Shown here: positions 48,260 to 56,995 of the stretch, one piece after another
Layout of the letters: each line of letters begins with the position of its first letter
Numbering within the stretch: the stretch's first letter is position 1
NCBI GenBank assembly: GCA_047602425.1
Contig: JASGHG010000001.1
Location: 2,016,001-2,080,000, forward strand
From: Nibricoccus sp.
Lineage (GTDB): Bacteria; Verrucomicrobiota; Verrucomicrobiia; Opitutales; Opitutaceae
DNA: 64,000 bases
Direction of reading: 5' to 3'
Program-made: the position numbers and the translations under genes
Notes under the pieces: generated by a model
The model's input: the letters and a program-made list of their open reading frames with translations, nothing else
Told to the model about the DNA's origin: nothing
Database searches by the model: none

Positions 48260-49145
48260 GGAACTACACCAACTCCGTTACTTCGTCGCGGTCGCTGAAA
48301 CAGGAAACTTCACCCGCGCCTCGGAACGCAGCAATGTCAGTCAGCCTTCGCTAAGCCAGCAAATCATTAATCTTGAACAAGAACTGAGTCACAAACTCTT
48401 TCACCGCTTGGGCCGAAAAGCCGTTCTAACCGAGGCTGGCTCCGTCTTTTTGGAGCGGGCCCGCCGCATCCTTTTTGAAGTCGACGATAGCACGCGCGAA
48501 CTCCAAGACAGCCCTGGCTTGGAGCGAAAAATCACCATTGGCGCCATCACGACGCTTGCGCCTTATCTGATTCCGCAGTTGCTCGCCCTCTGCAAAACAC
48601 GGCTTCCTCATCTGCAAGTTCATCTGCGTGAAGATTTTCGGCCAGATCTTACCAAAGCCGTGCTTGATGGCGAACTCGACCTCGCCATCGTTTCACTTCC
48701 CGTCAAGGACACGCAAATCTCGGTCGAACCGCTTTTCGATGAGACGCTCATGCTCGTGGTGGGTAAATCTCACCCGCTCGCGGGCAAACCCATCGTCACG
48801 CGCGAGGACCTGGCCGACCAAACATTTATTCTCCTCGGCAGTGGATCGAGCTTGGCCGGACAAATCCGGAGATTTTGCGGCGATCATAATTTTGAACCCA
48901 AGATCGGTTATCACTGCGCGCAAGTCGCCACCGTCAAAGCTCTGGTCGCCCTCGGCGCGGGTATTTCCATTCTTCCGCAAATCGCCCTCGATCCCGAGGA
49001 TCGCTCGCGACTGATCGTCAAAACTTTCGCGGATAGAAATCCTACGCGCCAGATCGGCATCATTCGCCACATGCAGCGCTATCAAAGCCTCGGAGCAGAA
49101 CAGTTCATCGGTTTGTTGCGCGAACACGTGAAAAAACCCGGCTAA
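48258..49145 (+). CDS. LysR-family regulator, OxyR-like but lacking the peroxidatic Cys
   Basis: MELHQLRYFVAVAETGNFTRA....VSQPSLSQQI; GAI.TLAPYL.P; GSSLAGQIRRFC aligns with the OxyR motif GHCLRDQAMGFC. Confidence 0.9.
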   Translation: MELHQLRYFVAVAETGNFTRASERSNVSQPSLSQQIINLEQELSHKLFHRLGRKAVLTEAGSVFLERARRILFEVDDSTRELQDSPGLERKITIGAITTLAPYLIPQLLALCKTRLPHLQVHLREDFRPDLTKAVLDGELDLAIVSLPVKDTQISVEPLFDETLMLVVGKSHPLAGKPIVTREDLADQTFILLGSGSSLAGQIRRFCGDHNFEPKIGYHCAQVATVKALVALGAGISILPQIALDPEDRSRLIVKTFADRNPTRQIGIIRHMQRYQSLGAEQFIGLLREHVKKPG

Positions 49146-49201
49146 GGCCGATGTTCGGTTTGTTGTTTCGTCCGCAGACTGTACGTTGCGTGCCCTTTTT
49201 C

Positions 49202-50476
49202 ATGAAACCCGACCAGCCATCCTCAGCTTCTATCAACGAGAGACTCGTGCTCTCGATTTTGGCGCTGGTGCAATTCACGCACATCATGGACTTCATGATC
49301 ATGATGCCGCTTGGCTCTCATCTGATGCGCGTGTTTTCGATCTCGCCCGGCCAATTCAGTCATCTCGTTGCGGCGTATGGGTTGTCGGCCGGCGTTTTTG
49401 GCTTTGCCGGCGGGTTCGTCCTTGATCGCTTTGAACGCAAACACGCCCTGCTCACTCTGTACTCGGGTTTCACGTTGGCCACGCTGGCCTGCGCGCTCGC
49501 GCCCAACTACGTCTTTCTCCTGCTCGCCCGCGTTTGCGCCGGTGCTTGTGGCGGCGTGGCTGGTTCGGTCGTGACAGCGATGGTCGGCGATCTCGTGCCG
49601 CCTGCGCGACGCGGCCGCGCGATGGGCTTGGTCATGGCGGCCTTCCCCCTCGCTTCGGTGGCGGGTGTACCCTGCGGACTCTGGCTCGCCGGCCTCTATG
49701 AATGGCACGCGCCGTTCTTCCTACTCTCCGGGCTGAGCCTTTTGATTCTGCTCTTCGCGCTCCGCGTTCTGCCGCACGTGAAAAGTCAGCTGTCGACCGC
49801 GCATCCGTGGACGCAGATGAGAGCAATCCTCACCCATCGCATCCACTGGCGGGGGTTTTTGTTGAGCGCAGTGCTGGTCTTCGCCGGCGGCTGCGTGATT
49901 CCGTTCATGGCTCCGTCGATGGTGGCCAACGTCGGTCTGCCGGAGGACAGTATTTTCAAAATCTACCTTTGCGGCGGCATCGCGACGTTCTTCTCGACCT
50001 TCCTGATCGGCCGCCTTTCGGACCGTTTCGACAAGCTCTACGTCCTCGCCGGCATCTCGGTGATCGCCGCCGTCACTGTATTTTTTCTCACTCGCCTCAA
50101 ACCAGGACCTATCGCCATCACGCTCACGGTAACATCGCTGTTGTTCGTAAGTATGTCGGGCCGCTTCTCGCCCACCATGGCGATGATCTCCAACGCCGTC
50201 GAGGCGCGCTACCGCGGCGGTTTCATGAGCGTCAATTCCGCCATCCAGCAACTCGCCAGCGGACTCGCCAACCTCACCGCGGGACTACTCGTCACCAGCG
50301 ACGCATCCGGCAAGCTTGTCGGGTATCCTGATGTCGGATACCTTTCGCTCACGGCCTTCGCCGGCACGGTTGTGCTCGCGTGGTGGCTGCGCGCCGCGGT
50401 CCCGCACGCAGCGAAACCCATTCGACCGAGCGGACCGCCACCCCTTCCTGAGCCAGCGATCTCACTCGCCGAGTAA
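49202..50476 (+). CDS. MFS transporter (DHA1-like)
   Basis: QFTHIMDFMIMMPLG, DRFERK, RRGRAMG, ~12 TM segments. Confidence 0.9.
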   Translation: MKPDQPSSASINERLVLSILALVQFTHIMDFMIMMPLGSHLMRVFSISPGQFSHLVAAYGLSAGVFGFAGGFVLDRFERKHALLTLYSGFTLATLACALAPNYVFLLLARVCAGACGGVAGSVVTAMVGDLVPPARRGRAMGLVMAAFPLASVAGVPCGLWLAGLYEWHAPFFLLSGLSLLILLFALRVLPHVKSQLSTAHPWTQMRAILTHRIHWRGFLLSAVLVFAGGCVIPFMAPSMVANVGLPEDSIFKIYLCGGIATFFSTFLIGRLSDRFDKLYVLAGISVIAAVTVFFLTRLKPGPIAITLTVTSLLFVSMSGRFSPTMAMISNAVEARYRGGFMSVNSAIQQLASGLANLTAGLLVTSDASGKLVGYPDVGYLSLTAFAGTVVLAWWLRAAVPHAAKPIRPSGPPPLPEPAISLAE

Positions 50477-50485
50477 CCGCCGCCC

Positions 50486-53089
50486 ATGCCCAAACCCGAT
50501 CCCCTTCCCAATTCGACCGACGCCGCGAGTCCGCTGCGTCGCCCAGAGGTGCTTGCGCCCGCTGGCGACTGGGATTGCGTGCGCGCCGCGGTCGAGAATG
50601 GCGCCGACGCGGTCTACTTCGGGCTCGAACGTTTCAACGCCCGCATGCGCGCCCACAATTTTACCGTGGCCGACCTCCCGCGCCTCATGGAGTTTCTCCA
50701 CCGCCGAGGCGTGCGCGGCTATGTGACGTTCAATGTCCTCGTGTTCGCCGACGAACTCGCCGGCGCAGCCGACTACCTGCGCTCGATCATCGCCGCTGGC
50801 GTCGACGCCGCCATCGTGCAGGATGTTGGTATCTTTCGCCTGATTCGGCAGCTCTCACCCGATTTTCCGATCCATGCTTCCACGCAGATGACGGTGACCA
50901 GTGCAGCGGGCGTGGAGTTTGCCCGCAACCTCGGCGCCGAGCTTGTCGTGCTTGCCCGTGAGAACAACCTTGACGACATCGCCAAAATCCAGGCCGCAAC
51001 CGCCGCCAATGGCACTGCACTTCCGCTTGAAGTCTTCGTGCATGGCGCACTCTGCGTCGCCTACTCCGGTCAATGCCTCACCAGCGAATCGCTCGGAGGA
51101 CGTTCCGCCAATCGCGGCGAATGCGCCCAAGCCTGCCGCTTGCCGTACGACCTGATTTCGGATGGCGAGAAAGTCGATCTCGGCGACCGCCGCTACCTGC
51201 TCAGCCCCCGCGATCTTGCCGGCATCGATGTATTGCCCGATCTGATACGCAATGGCGTCGCCTCGCTAAAAATCGAAGGTCGTCTGAAAAGCCCCGAGTA
51301 CGTCGCCAGCATCACACGCATTTATCGACAGGCCGTCGATCGCGCCATATCTGCCCTCGGTGCCGAGTCCCCGGCGGCCAAAATGTTTTCAATCCCTGCT
51401 AGCGACCGCTACGAGCTAGAAATGAGTTTCTCGCGCGGTCTTTACACCGGCTGGTTCGGCGGCACGAACAATCGAGAACTTGTCCACGCCCGTTTCGGTA
51501 CCAAGCGTGGCGTTTTTCTCGGCGAAATTTCCCGGGTGGAACGCGAGACCGTTTCCCTGCGTCTCCTCGCTCCGCTCAAACCTGGCGATGGCGTGGTGTT
51601 CGACGCCGGCCGGCCGGAAGACCGCGAAGAAGGCGGTCGCGTCTACACCATAGACCAGCAGGGCGCCGAATCCGTTCTCGCCTTCGGCCATGGCGACATC
51701 GATTTCCGCCGTGTTCACCCGAGCCAGCTTCTCTGGAAAACCAACGACCCCGCGCTTGATCGGACCGTACGACAGACTTTTGACGGCGAAAAAATCCGCC
51801 ATCAACGCCCGCTCTCGCTCGAAATCCACGGTCACGCCGGTTCTCCGCTTTCCCTGGTAGCCGACGATGGCGAAGGCCACGTCGTTCGTGTCGATTCTCA
51901 ACTCGCCCTCGTTCCCGCCACCAACCAACCGCTTACTCCAAATCGTTTGCGCGATCAACTTGGCCGCCTCGGCGGCACGCCCTTCAAGCTCGGTGAATTT
52001 TCCTCACGACTCGAAGGCGACGTCATGCTGCCCGTAAGCGAACTCAACCGCCTGCGCCGTGACGCCGTCGCCGAACTCGAACGCTTACGCGCCGCGCCCA
52101 AACGCTGGACGTTAAACTCTCCTGCTGTAGGAGCGGCTTTACGCCGCGATGGTTTGGAGGATCGCTCCATAAAGCCGCTCCTACAAACGAACCAATCGCC
52201 GGAGCTCATTCTTGTCGTCCGCGATCTCGCCCAGCTCGAAGCAGCGCTTCGCTGCGAAGGCGCCGACACGGTTTATTGCGAGTTCGAGAATCCAAAACAC
52301 TATCGCGACGCCGTTCGTCTCTTCCGCGACGACAACGCGAAACGCGATTCCGCCGATGCCGCCCGCCGCACGATCTGGGTTTTGCCTCCACGCATCTTCA
52401 AACCCGGCGAAGAATGGATCTTGAAGCAGGTTCGTTCTTCCGAGGCCGACGGCTATCTCGTACGCAACTACGACCACCTTGCCTTTTTCGCCGGTGACCG
52501 CAGGCGCGGAGATTTTTCGCTCAACGTCGCGAACCCGCTCTCGGCCGACTATTTCATCAACCATTGCGGCCTAGAGCGCGTCACGATTTCCTACGATCTA
52601 AATGTCGCGCAAACAGAGGCGCTTCTCGCGAATGCTCCTGCAAATTGGTTCGATCTTACGCTTCACCAGCACATGCCGATGTTTCATATGGAACATTGCG
52701 TATTTTGCGCGTTTCTTTCCGATGGGAAAGACTATCGGGATTGCGGGCGTCCATGCGACAAACATCAGGTAAAACTTCGTGACCGCGTGGGTGCCGAGCT
52801 ACCGCTGAAAGCCGACGCTGGATGCCGTAACACCGTTTTCAACAATCGCGCGCAAACTGGCGCCGAGTTTCTTGACCGCTTCCTTGCGCATGGCGCTCGC
52901 CATTTTCGCGTGGAATTTGCCGACGAAAAACCCGAGGAAGTCATTCGTATCGCCAATCGATATCGGCAACTATTGCGCGGGGAAATCAAAGGCGCGGACC
53001 TGTGGCGCGAATTCAAATTTATCAATCAGCTCGGCGTCACCCGTGGCCAGCTGGAAACCGCACCGCAACTCCTGCAACGCAAGACTTGA
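50486..53089 (+). CDS. rlhA: U32 family / DUF3656 protein, probable 23S rRNA ho5C2501 hydroxylase RlhA
   Basis: PEVLAPAG, GADAVYFG, HASTQM, HGALCVAYSGQC...SANRGECAQACR, KIEGR; long C-terminal region with HCVFCA..CGRPC. Confidence 0.8.
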   Translation: MPKPDPLPNSTDAASPLRRPEVLAPAGDWDCVRAAVENGADAVYFGLERFNARMRAHNFTVADLPRLMEFLHRRGVRGYVTFNVLVFADELAGAADYLRSIIAAGVDAAIVQDVGIFRLIRQLSPDFPIHASTQMTVTSAAGVEFARNLGAELVVLARENNLDDIAKIQAATAANGTALPLEVFVHGALCVAYSGQCLTSESLGGRSANRGECAQACRLPYDLISDGEKVDLGDRRYLLSPRDLAGIDVLPDLIRNGVASLKIEGRLKSPEYVASITRIYRQAVDRAISALGAESPAAKMFSIPASDRYELEMSFSRGLYTGWFGGTNNRELVHARFGTKRGVFLGEISRVERETVSLRLLAPLKPGDGVVFDAGRPEDREEGGRVYTIDQQGAESVLAFGHGDIDFRRVHPSQLLWKTNDPALDRTVRQTFDGEKIRHQRPLSLEIHGHAGSPLSLVADDGEGHVVRVDSQLALVPATNQPLTPNRLRDQLGRLGGTPFKLGEFSSRLEGDVMLPVSELNRLRRDAVAELERLRAAPKRWTLNSPAVGAALRRDGLEDRSIKPLLQTNQSPELILVVRDLAQLEAALRCEGADTVYCEFENPKHYRDAVRLFRDDNAKRDSADAARRTIWVLPPRIFKPGEEWILKQVRSSEADGYLVRNYDHLAFFAGDRRRGDFSLNVANPLSADYFINHCGLERVTISYDLNVAQTEALLANAPANWFDLTLHQHMPMFHMEHCVFCAFLSDGKDYRDCGRPCDKHQVKLRDRVGAELPLKADAGCRNTVFNNRAQTGAEFLDRFLAHGARHFRVEFADEKPEEVIRIANRYRQLLRGEIKGADLWREFKFINQLGVTRGQLETAPQLLQRKT
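52126..52185. repeat. GTAG-type REP doublet inserted in frame inside the U32 gene
   Basis: TGTAGGAGCGGCTTTA...TAAAGCCGCTCCTACA, a perfect 16-bp inverted repeat spanning 60 bp; translates as VGAALRRDGLEDRSIKPLLQ. Confidence 0.85.
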
Positions 53090-53103
53090 GTTGCGGCGTA
53101 TCC

Positions 53104-54909
53104 TCACGCGTCGATTTTCAATTCCGTGGGAATTAAGAAATAAAAGTCGCTGCCCTCACCCGGTTTACTTGTACATGCAATAGTTCCCCCATGCGCCGTG
53201 ACAATATCGCGCGCAATTGTCAGGCCGATGCCCGCACCTTTTTTTGGCTGGCCGGGCACGCGAAAGAAACGTTCGAAAACGCGGGCTTGGTGATCCTCGG
53301 CAATACCAGGCCCCTGGTCGCGCACTCCGAAACGCACAAAACCATCGGGCGTATTTTGGGCGTAGAGAGTGATTTCGGTGCCGGCGGGCGAATATTTCGA
53401 GGCATTGGCCAGCAGATTGATGAACACGTGGCGCAACCGATCCGGATCGACCTTCACCGAACCAATGCCACCTCCAATTCTAACGACGATTTTCTGATCC
53501 ACATCGTCCGTGATGGGCTTGATCTCCCGCGCCATCTCGCCGAGCAGTGCGTCGACTTGAACCTCGCGTCGATTGAGCTGCGATGCCCCGCTTTCCAGAC
53601 GCGCGACGTCGAGCAAGTCATTCAGGATGCGCAACAGCCGGTCGGCACCGTCGCGGGCGGTTTCGAGCAATTCGCGCTGTGCCGCGGTCAGCGGTCCGAG
53701 CTGCGGTTCCAGCATGAGGTAAACCGCCATGCGCAGGCTGGTGAGCGGAGTCTTGAGCTCGTGGCTCACTGTGCCAACCAGATTGCTTTTCGCATCGTCG
53801 AGCAGACGGAATTTTGTGACGTCCTGCAAAATCAGCGCAGCGCCGCCGAAGCCCGTGAGCGTATCGCCGATCGCCAGAATGCGGGGCAAAAAATGTTTTT
53901 CTTCTCCATCCAGACGGACCGAAACCACACGATCGTAGCTTGCCGGTAAATAATGGTTTCCTGTTTTTAGCACCTGCTGCAATTGCTCCGAAAGGTCGGA
54001 TGGAAAACCCCCGGCAAATTCAGGCGCAGCCGCGATCGCCTCCGCCGCCGGGTTGCGAACCTCATGCGTGCCATCGCGAGCAATGACAAACAGCGGATCG
54101 GGCGTCGAGGTAAGGGTCGCCTCCATCGTGCGCTGCGTCCGCACCACTTTCGCTGCAGTCGCATCGCGATAAGCACGGAGCTTGGCCGACATGGTGTTAA
54201 AGGTGCGAGCCAGCTCTCCCAGTTCATCGCGTGAAAAAACCGGCACTTCCTTATCCCAATTGCCATCGCCCACGGCAACGGCCGAGGCGGTCAGCGCCTT
54301 CACAGGCCGGAGAATGGAATGAGCCAGCTGGAAAGACAAAAACAGCGAAAGCAGGATGCCGCCGATCAAAGAGGCCAGCAGGATGTTGATGCCCGTCCGC
54401 ACGATTTGGGCGGCTCGATTGGTTGCGGACCGCAGGTCGGCATAGTCGAACTCCGTGATTTCCTTCAGTGTGCGCAGCGTGCGAAAGAGCGCGACCTCAG
54501 TTTCCTGATAGGTCTGCATCGAAGCTGGCGCGCTACGCTCGAATACCGCGTCCCCCAATGCCCTGAGCTGAAAAAAAGCCTCCCCCAGTTTTTCCACCGC
54601 AGCGGCGCGGGGCGTGCCCGCCGAGGTTCCGGATTGTTCCATCAACGCTTTATTGAAACGCCCGCGATGGTTCTCGTAGGCCGGTTTCGATTCGAGCACG
54701 CGGCCGTTTTGCGCGGCGTGGATCGCCTGCACCATCTGCGCCGCTTCCTCGCTCATTTCATAACAGCCAATCATCCACCGGTAGCTGGATGCCAGGCGGT
54801 GTTCCATGGAGCGCGCCAGATCGCGTGCAATGTACACCGTGGTCAATCCAACACCAATAAACAGAAGCAAGAGCGGCAACAATCCAAGATATAGCCGGGT
54901 GCGAAGCAT
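53104..54909 (-). CDS. Membrane sensor histidine kinase (2TM-HAMP-PAS-HisKA-HATPase), KinB-like
   Basis: DELGELARTFN.M HAMP; VSHELKTPLTS; NLLANASKY; DQGPGI; GAGIGL. Confidence 0.9.
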   Translation of the reverse strand: MLRTRLYLGLLPLLLLFIGVGLTTVYIARDLARSMEHRLASSYRWMIGCYEMSEEAAQMVQAIHAAQNGRVLESKPAYENHRGRFNKALMEQSGTSAGTPRAAAVEKLGEAFFQLRALGDAVFERSAPASMQTYQETEVALFRTLRTLKEITEFDYADLRSATNRAAQIVRTGINILLASLIGGILLSLFLSFQLAHSILRPVKALTASAVAVGDGNWDKEVPVFSRDELGELARTFNTMSAKLRAYRDATAAKVVRTQRTMEATLTSTPDPLFVIARDGTHEVRNPAAEAIAAAPEFAGGFPSDLSEQLQQVLKTGNHYLPASYDRVVSVRLDGEEKHFLPRILAIGDTLTGFGGAALILQDVTKFRLLDDAKSNLVGTVSHELKTPLTSLRMAVYLMLEPQLGPLTAAQRELLETARDGADRLLRILNDLLDVARLESGASQLNRREVQVDALLGEMAREIKPITDDVDQKIVVRIGGGIGSVKVDPDRLRHVFINLLANASKYSPAGTEITLYAQNTPDGFVRFGVRDQGPGIAEDHQARVFERFFRVPGQPKKGAGIGLTIARDIVTAHGGTIACTSKPGEGSDFYFLIPTELKIDA

Positions 54910-54928
54910 TGTCGTGGGCGCCAAAGGC

Positions 54929-56263
54929 TCAGAGCAGGCCGAGCTTCTGGCGTTTTCGATAGAGCGTGGCGGGATCGATGCCGAGCGTGCGAGCGGCTTC
55001 GTCGAGATTGCGGGCGCTGGCCAGCGTCCGGCGGATATGCTCGGTTTCCAGCTGTTCCAGCGTCACCCGGGCGCCAACGGAAACACTGTCGTCCGCCCGG
55101 TGGGAAAACTCCTCCGGCAAGTCCGCGCTGTCGATCAAATCGCCAGAGGCAAGAATGACGGCGCGCTCGATGACGTTGCGCAATTCGCGCAAGTTGCCCG
55201 GCCAGGCATAGCGGACAAAAGCCTCCCGCACCGCGGGAGAAAAACCCCGGGTCTTTTTTCCGAGGCCGGCGGCAAAGAACGAGCAGTAGTTTTCCGCCAT
55301 TCGCATAAGGTCGGCCGGACGATCCCTAAGGCCGGGAAGATGAAGGCTGATGACGTTGAGCCGATAAAAGAGATCCTCGCGGAAACGCCCGGTTTTTACC
55401 TCTTCCGCCAGGTTCCGGTTGGTGGCGGCGATGACCCGCACATTCGAGCGACGCACCTTGGCCTCGCCCACGCGCTCATATTCCCGTTCCTGCAGCAGAC
55501 GGAGCAGCTTCGGCTGGATCTCGCGAGGGAGTTCGCCAATTTCGTCGAGAAAAAGCGTGCCGCCCTCGGCCGCGGCGACTTTGCCCAACGTGTCGCTGAC
55601 CGCGCCGGTGAAGGAGCCCTTCACGTGACCGAAGAGTTCGCTTTCGAGCAATTCGCGCGAAAGACTCGGGCAGTTGACGGTGACAAATGCGTTATCCTTC
55701 TGTGCACCGCGCCGGTGAATTTCACGGGCGAGCATGCTTTTGCCGGTCCCGCTCGGTCCGAGAATGAGAATTGTCGCCGGCGTTTCGGCCGCCTTGAATG
55801 CCATCTGCAGCACGCGCTGCACGGCGGGTTCGCTGGATTCGAAATCGATTTGCGGCGATTGCTCGACGAGTTGGGTTTCCAGCTGCTGAACGCGCTGCTC
55901 CAGCTTTCGCGCACGCGCGACCTTTTCGAGCACCTGGCGAATTTGGTCCGGAGTAAATGGTTTTGGAATGAAGTCGAAAGCGCCCCGGCGCATCGCCTCG
56001 ACCGCGGTGCTGATATTCGCAAACGCAGTGAACATCACGACGACGAGCGAAGGTTGCGCTTGTAATAGTTTTCCCAATACAGCGAGGCCGTCTTCCTGGC
56101 CAAGATTCACGTCGAGGAAGCATACGTCCACCGCTCCTTCCTCCAGCGTTTTAAGTGCGCGCAGGCCGTTAGGAACGGCAACCGCTTCGTGCCCCATGGT
56201 TTCTACGGCCAGACCGGTCGTTTTCCGGATGCCAGGTTCATCGTCAACAATCATTACGCGCAT
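54929..56263 (-). CDS. Sigma54-dependent response regulator (REC-AAA+-Fis HTH), AlgB-like
   Basis: VDDE, LD, KPF; GPSGTGKS, NCPSL...LLESELFGH.KGSFTGA, LFLDEIGE, WPGNLREL; AA..LGID.ATLYRKR. Confidence 0.92.
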   Translation of the reverse strand: MRVMIVDDEPGIRKTTGLAVETMGHEAVAVPNGLRALKTLEEGAVDVCFLDVNLGQEDGLAVLGKLLQAQPSLVVVMFTAFANISTAVEAMRRGAFDFIPKPFTPDQIRQVLEKVARARKLEQRVQQLETQLVEQSPQIDFESSEPAVQRVLQMAFKAAETPATILILGPSGTGKSMLAREIHRRGAQKDNAFVTVNCPSLSRELLESELFGHVKGSFTGAVSDTLGKVAAAEGGTLFLDEIGELPREIQPKLLRLLQEREYERVGEAKVRRSNVRVIAATNRNLAEEVKTGRFREDLFYRLNVISLHLPGLRDRPADLMRMAENYCSFFAAGLGKKTRGFSPAVREAFVRYAWPGNLRELRNVIERAVILASGDLIDSADLPEEFSHRADDSVSVGARVTLEQLETEHIRRTLASARNLDEAARTLGIDPATLYRKRQKLGLL

Positions 56264-56346
56264 GTCGGTGCGGGAGGGGGATTATGTTCCAGCCATCTTG
56301 TTCACAGCCATGGAGGTGGTGCAAGCGCCGGCTGTATAAAAAGCCA

Positions 56347-56372
56347 AGGCGGGGCCGCTTGCGCGACCCCGC
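56347..56372 (-). terminator. Possible intrinsic terminator on the minus strand
   Basis: GGCGGGGTCGCGCAAGCGGCCCCGCC followed by TTGGCTTTTT on the minus strand. Confidence 0.45.
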
Positions 56373-56451
56373 CAGGTCCAGCTTCAACTAACAATCCCGG
56401 AGGCTATGCCCCCGGGAATTCAAAAAATTTTTTCGAAAAGAACGGAGATAA

Positions 56452-56715
56452 TCAACCCGTGCCAGTACGTCGATGACGGTGCCAAATATACACCCAAAAA
56501 CTCACCAACGCCAGCAACAGACAGCTTATCGCCACTACGCCCCCCAAGAGACTCGCAAGGTGACTCCCAGTTCCCAAAAAAGTGAAGACAGAGCTCACAA
56601 TTGCAATCAAGAATAGCGTAATTGCCCAATTTAAAAGCAGGGCATCGTCGATCTTCAAACGCCCACAATTTTTGTGGGAGTCGGGCGGTTCGGTATATGA
56701 CTGGTAAGAGGACAT
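56452..56715 (-). CDS. Small membrane protein with DUF1328/YtjA-like core
   Basis: LLNWAITLFLIAIVSSVFTFLG...LLLALVSF resembles the ML.WA.IF..IA.IA..FGF.G pattern; start lies just downstream of a sigma54 promoter. Confidence 0.5.
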   Translation of the reverse strand: MSSYQSYTEPPDSHKNCGRLKIDDALLLNWAITLFLIAIVSSVFTFLGTGSHLASLLGGVVAISCLLLALVSFWVYIWHRHRRTGTG

Positions 56716-56750
56716 GGCGACGTGCGCTGTTTATCGACGTAAGTGCATTC

Positions 56751-56766
56751 TGCGAATTTCGTGCCA
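56751..56766 (-). promoter_or_regulatory. Sigma54 (-24/-12) promoter
   Basis: Minus strand TGGCACGAAATTCGCA, with GG-N10-GC spacing. Confidence 0.7.
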
Positions 56767-56836
56767 CCTGCAGACGCGTGAGCTACGCGTTTAAAATGAA
56801 TGCATTAGGAAAATCTTCAGAAAGACTTTCGGACGC

Positions 56837-56888
56837 GGCATGCAGTTTGCGGCCCGGCGGCAGACCGATTTCCCGCAAAATGCATGCC
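56837..56888. promoter_or_regulatory. Inverted-repeat enhancer candidate (UAS) for the sigma54 promoter
   Basis: GGCATGCAGTTTGCGG-N20-CCGCAAAATGCATGCC (15/16 inverted), 70-120 bp upstream of the -24 box. Confidence 0.6.
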
Positions 56889-56995
56889 CTGCAAACGGCT
56901 CTTATACGCTCGCTTGGCGAGGGGATTTCCCGCGAAAATTCGATTTCTAATGTCGAGCCCGCAGGAATATCCGTTCACATTTTTAACCTTTGATC

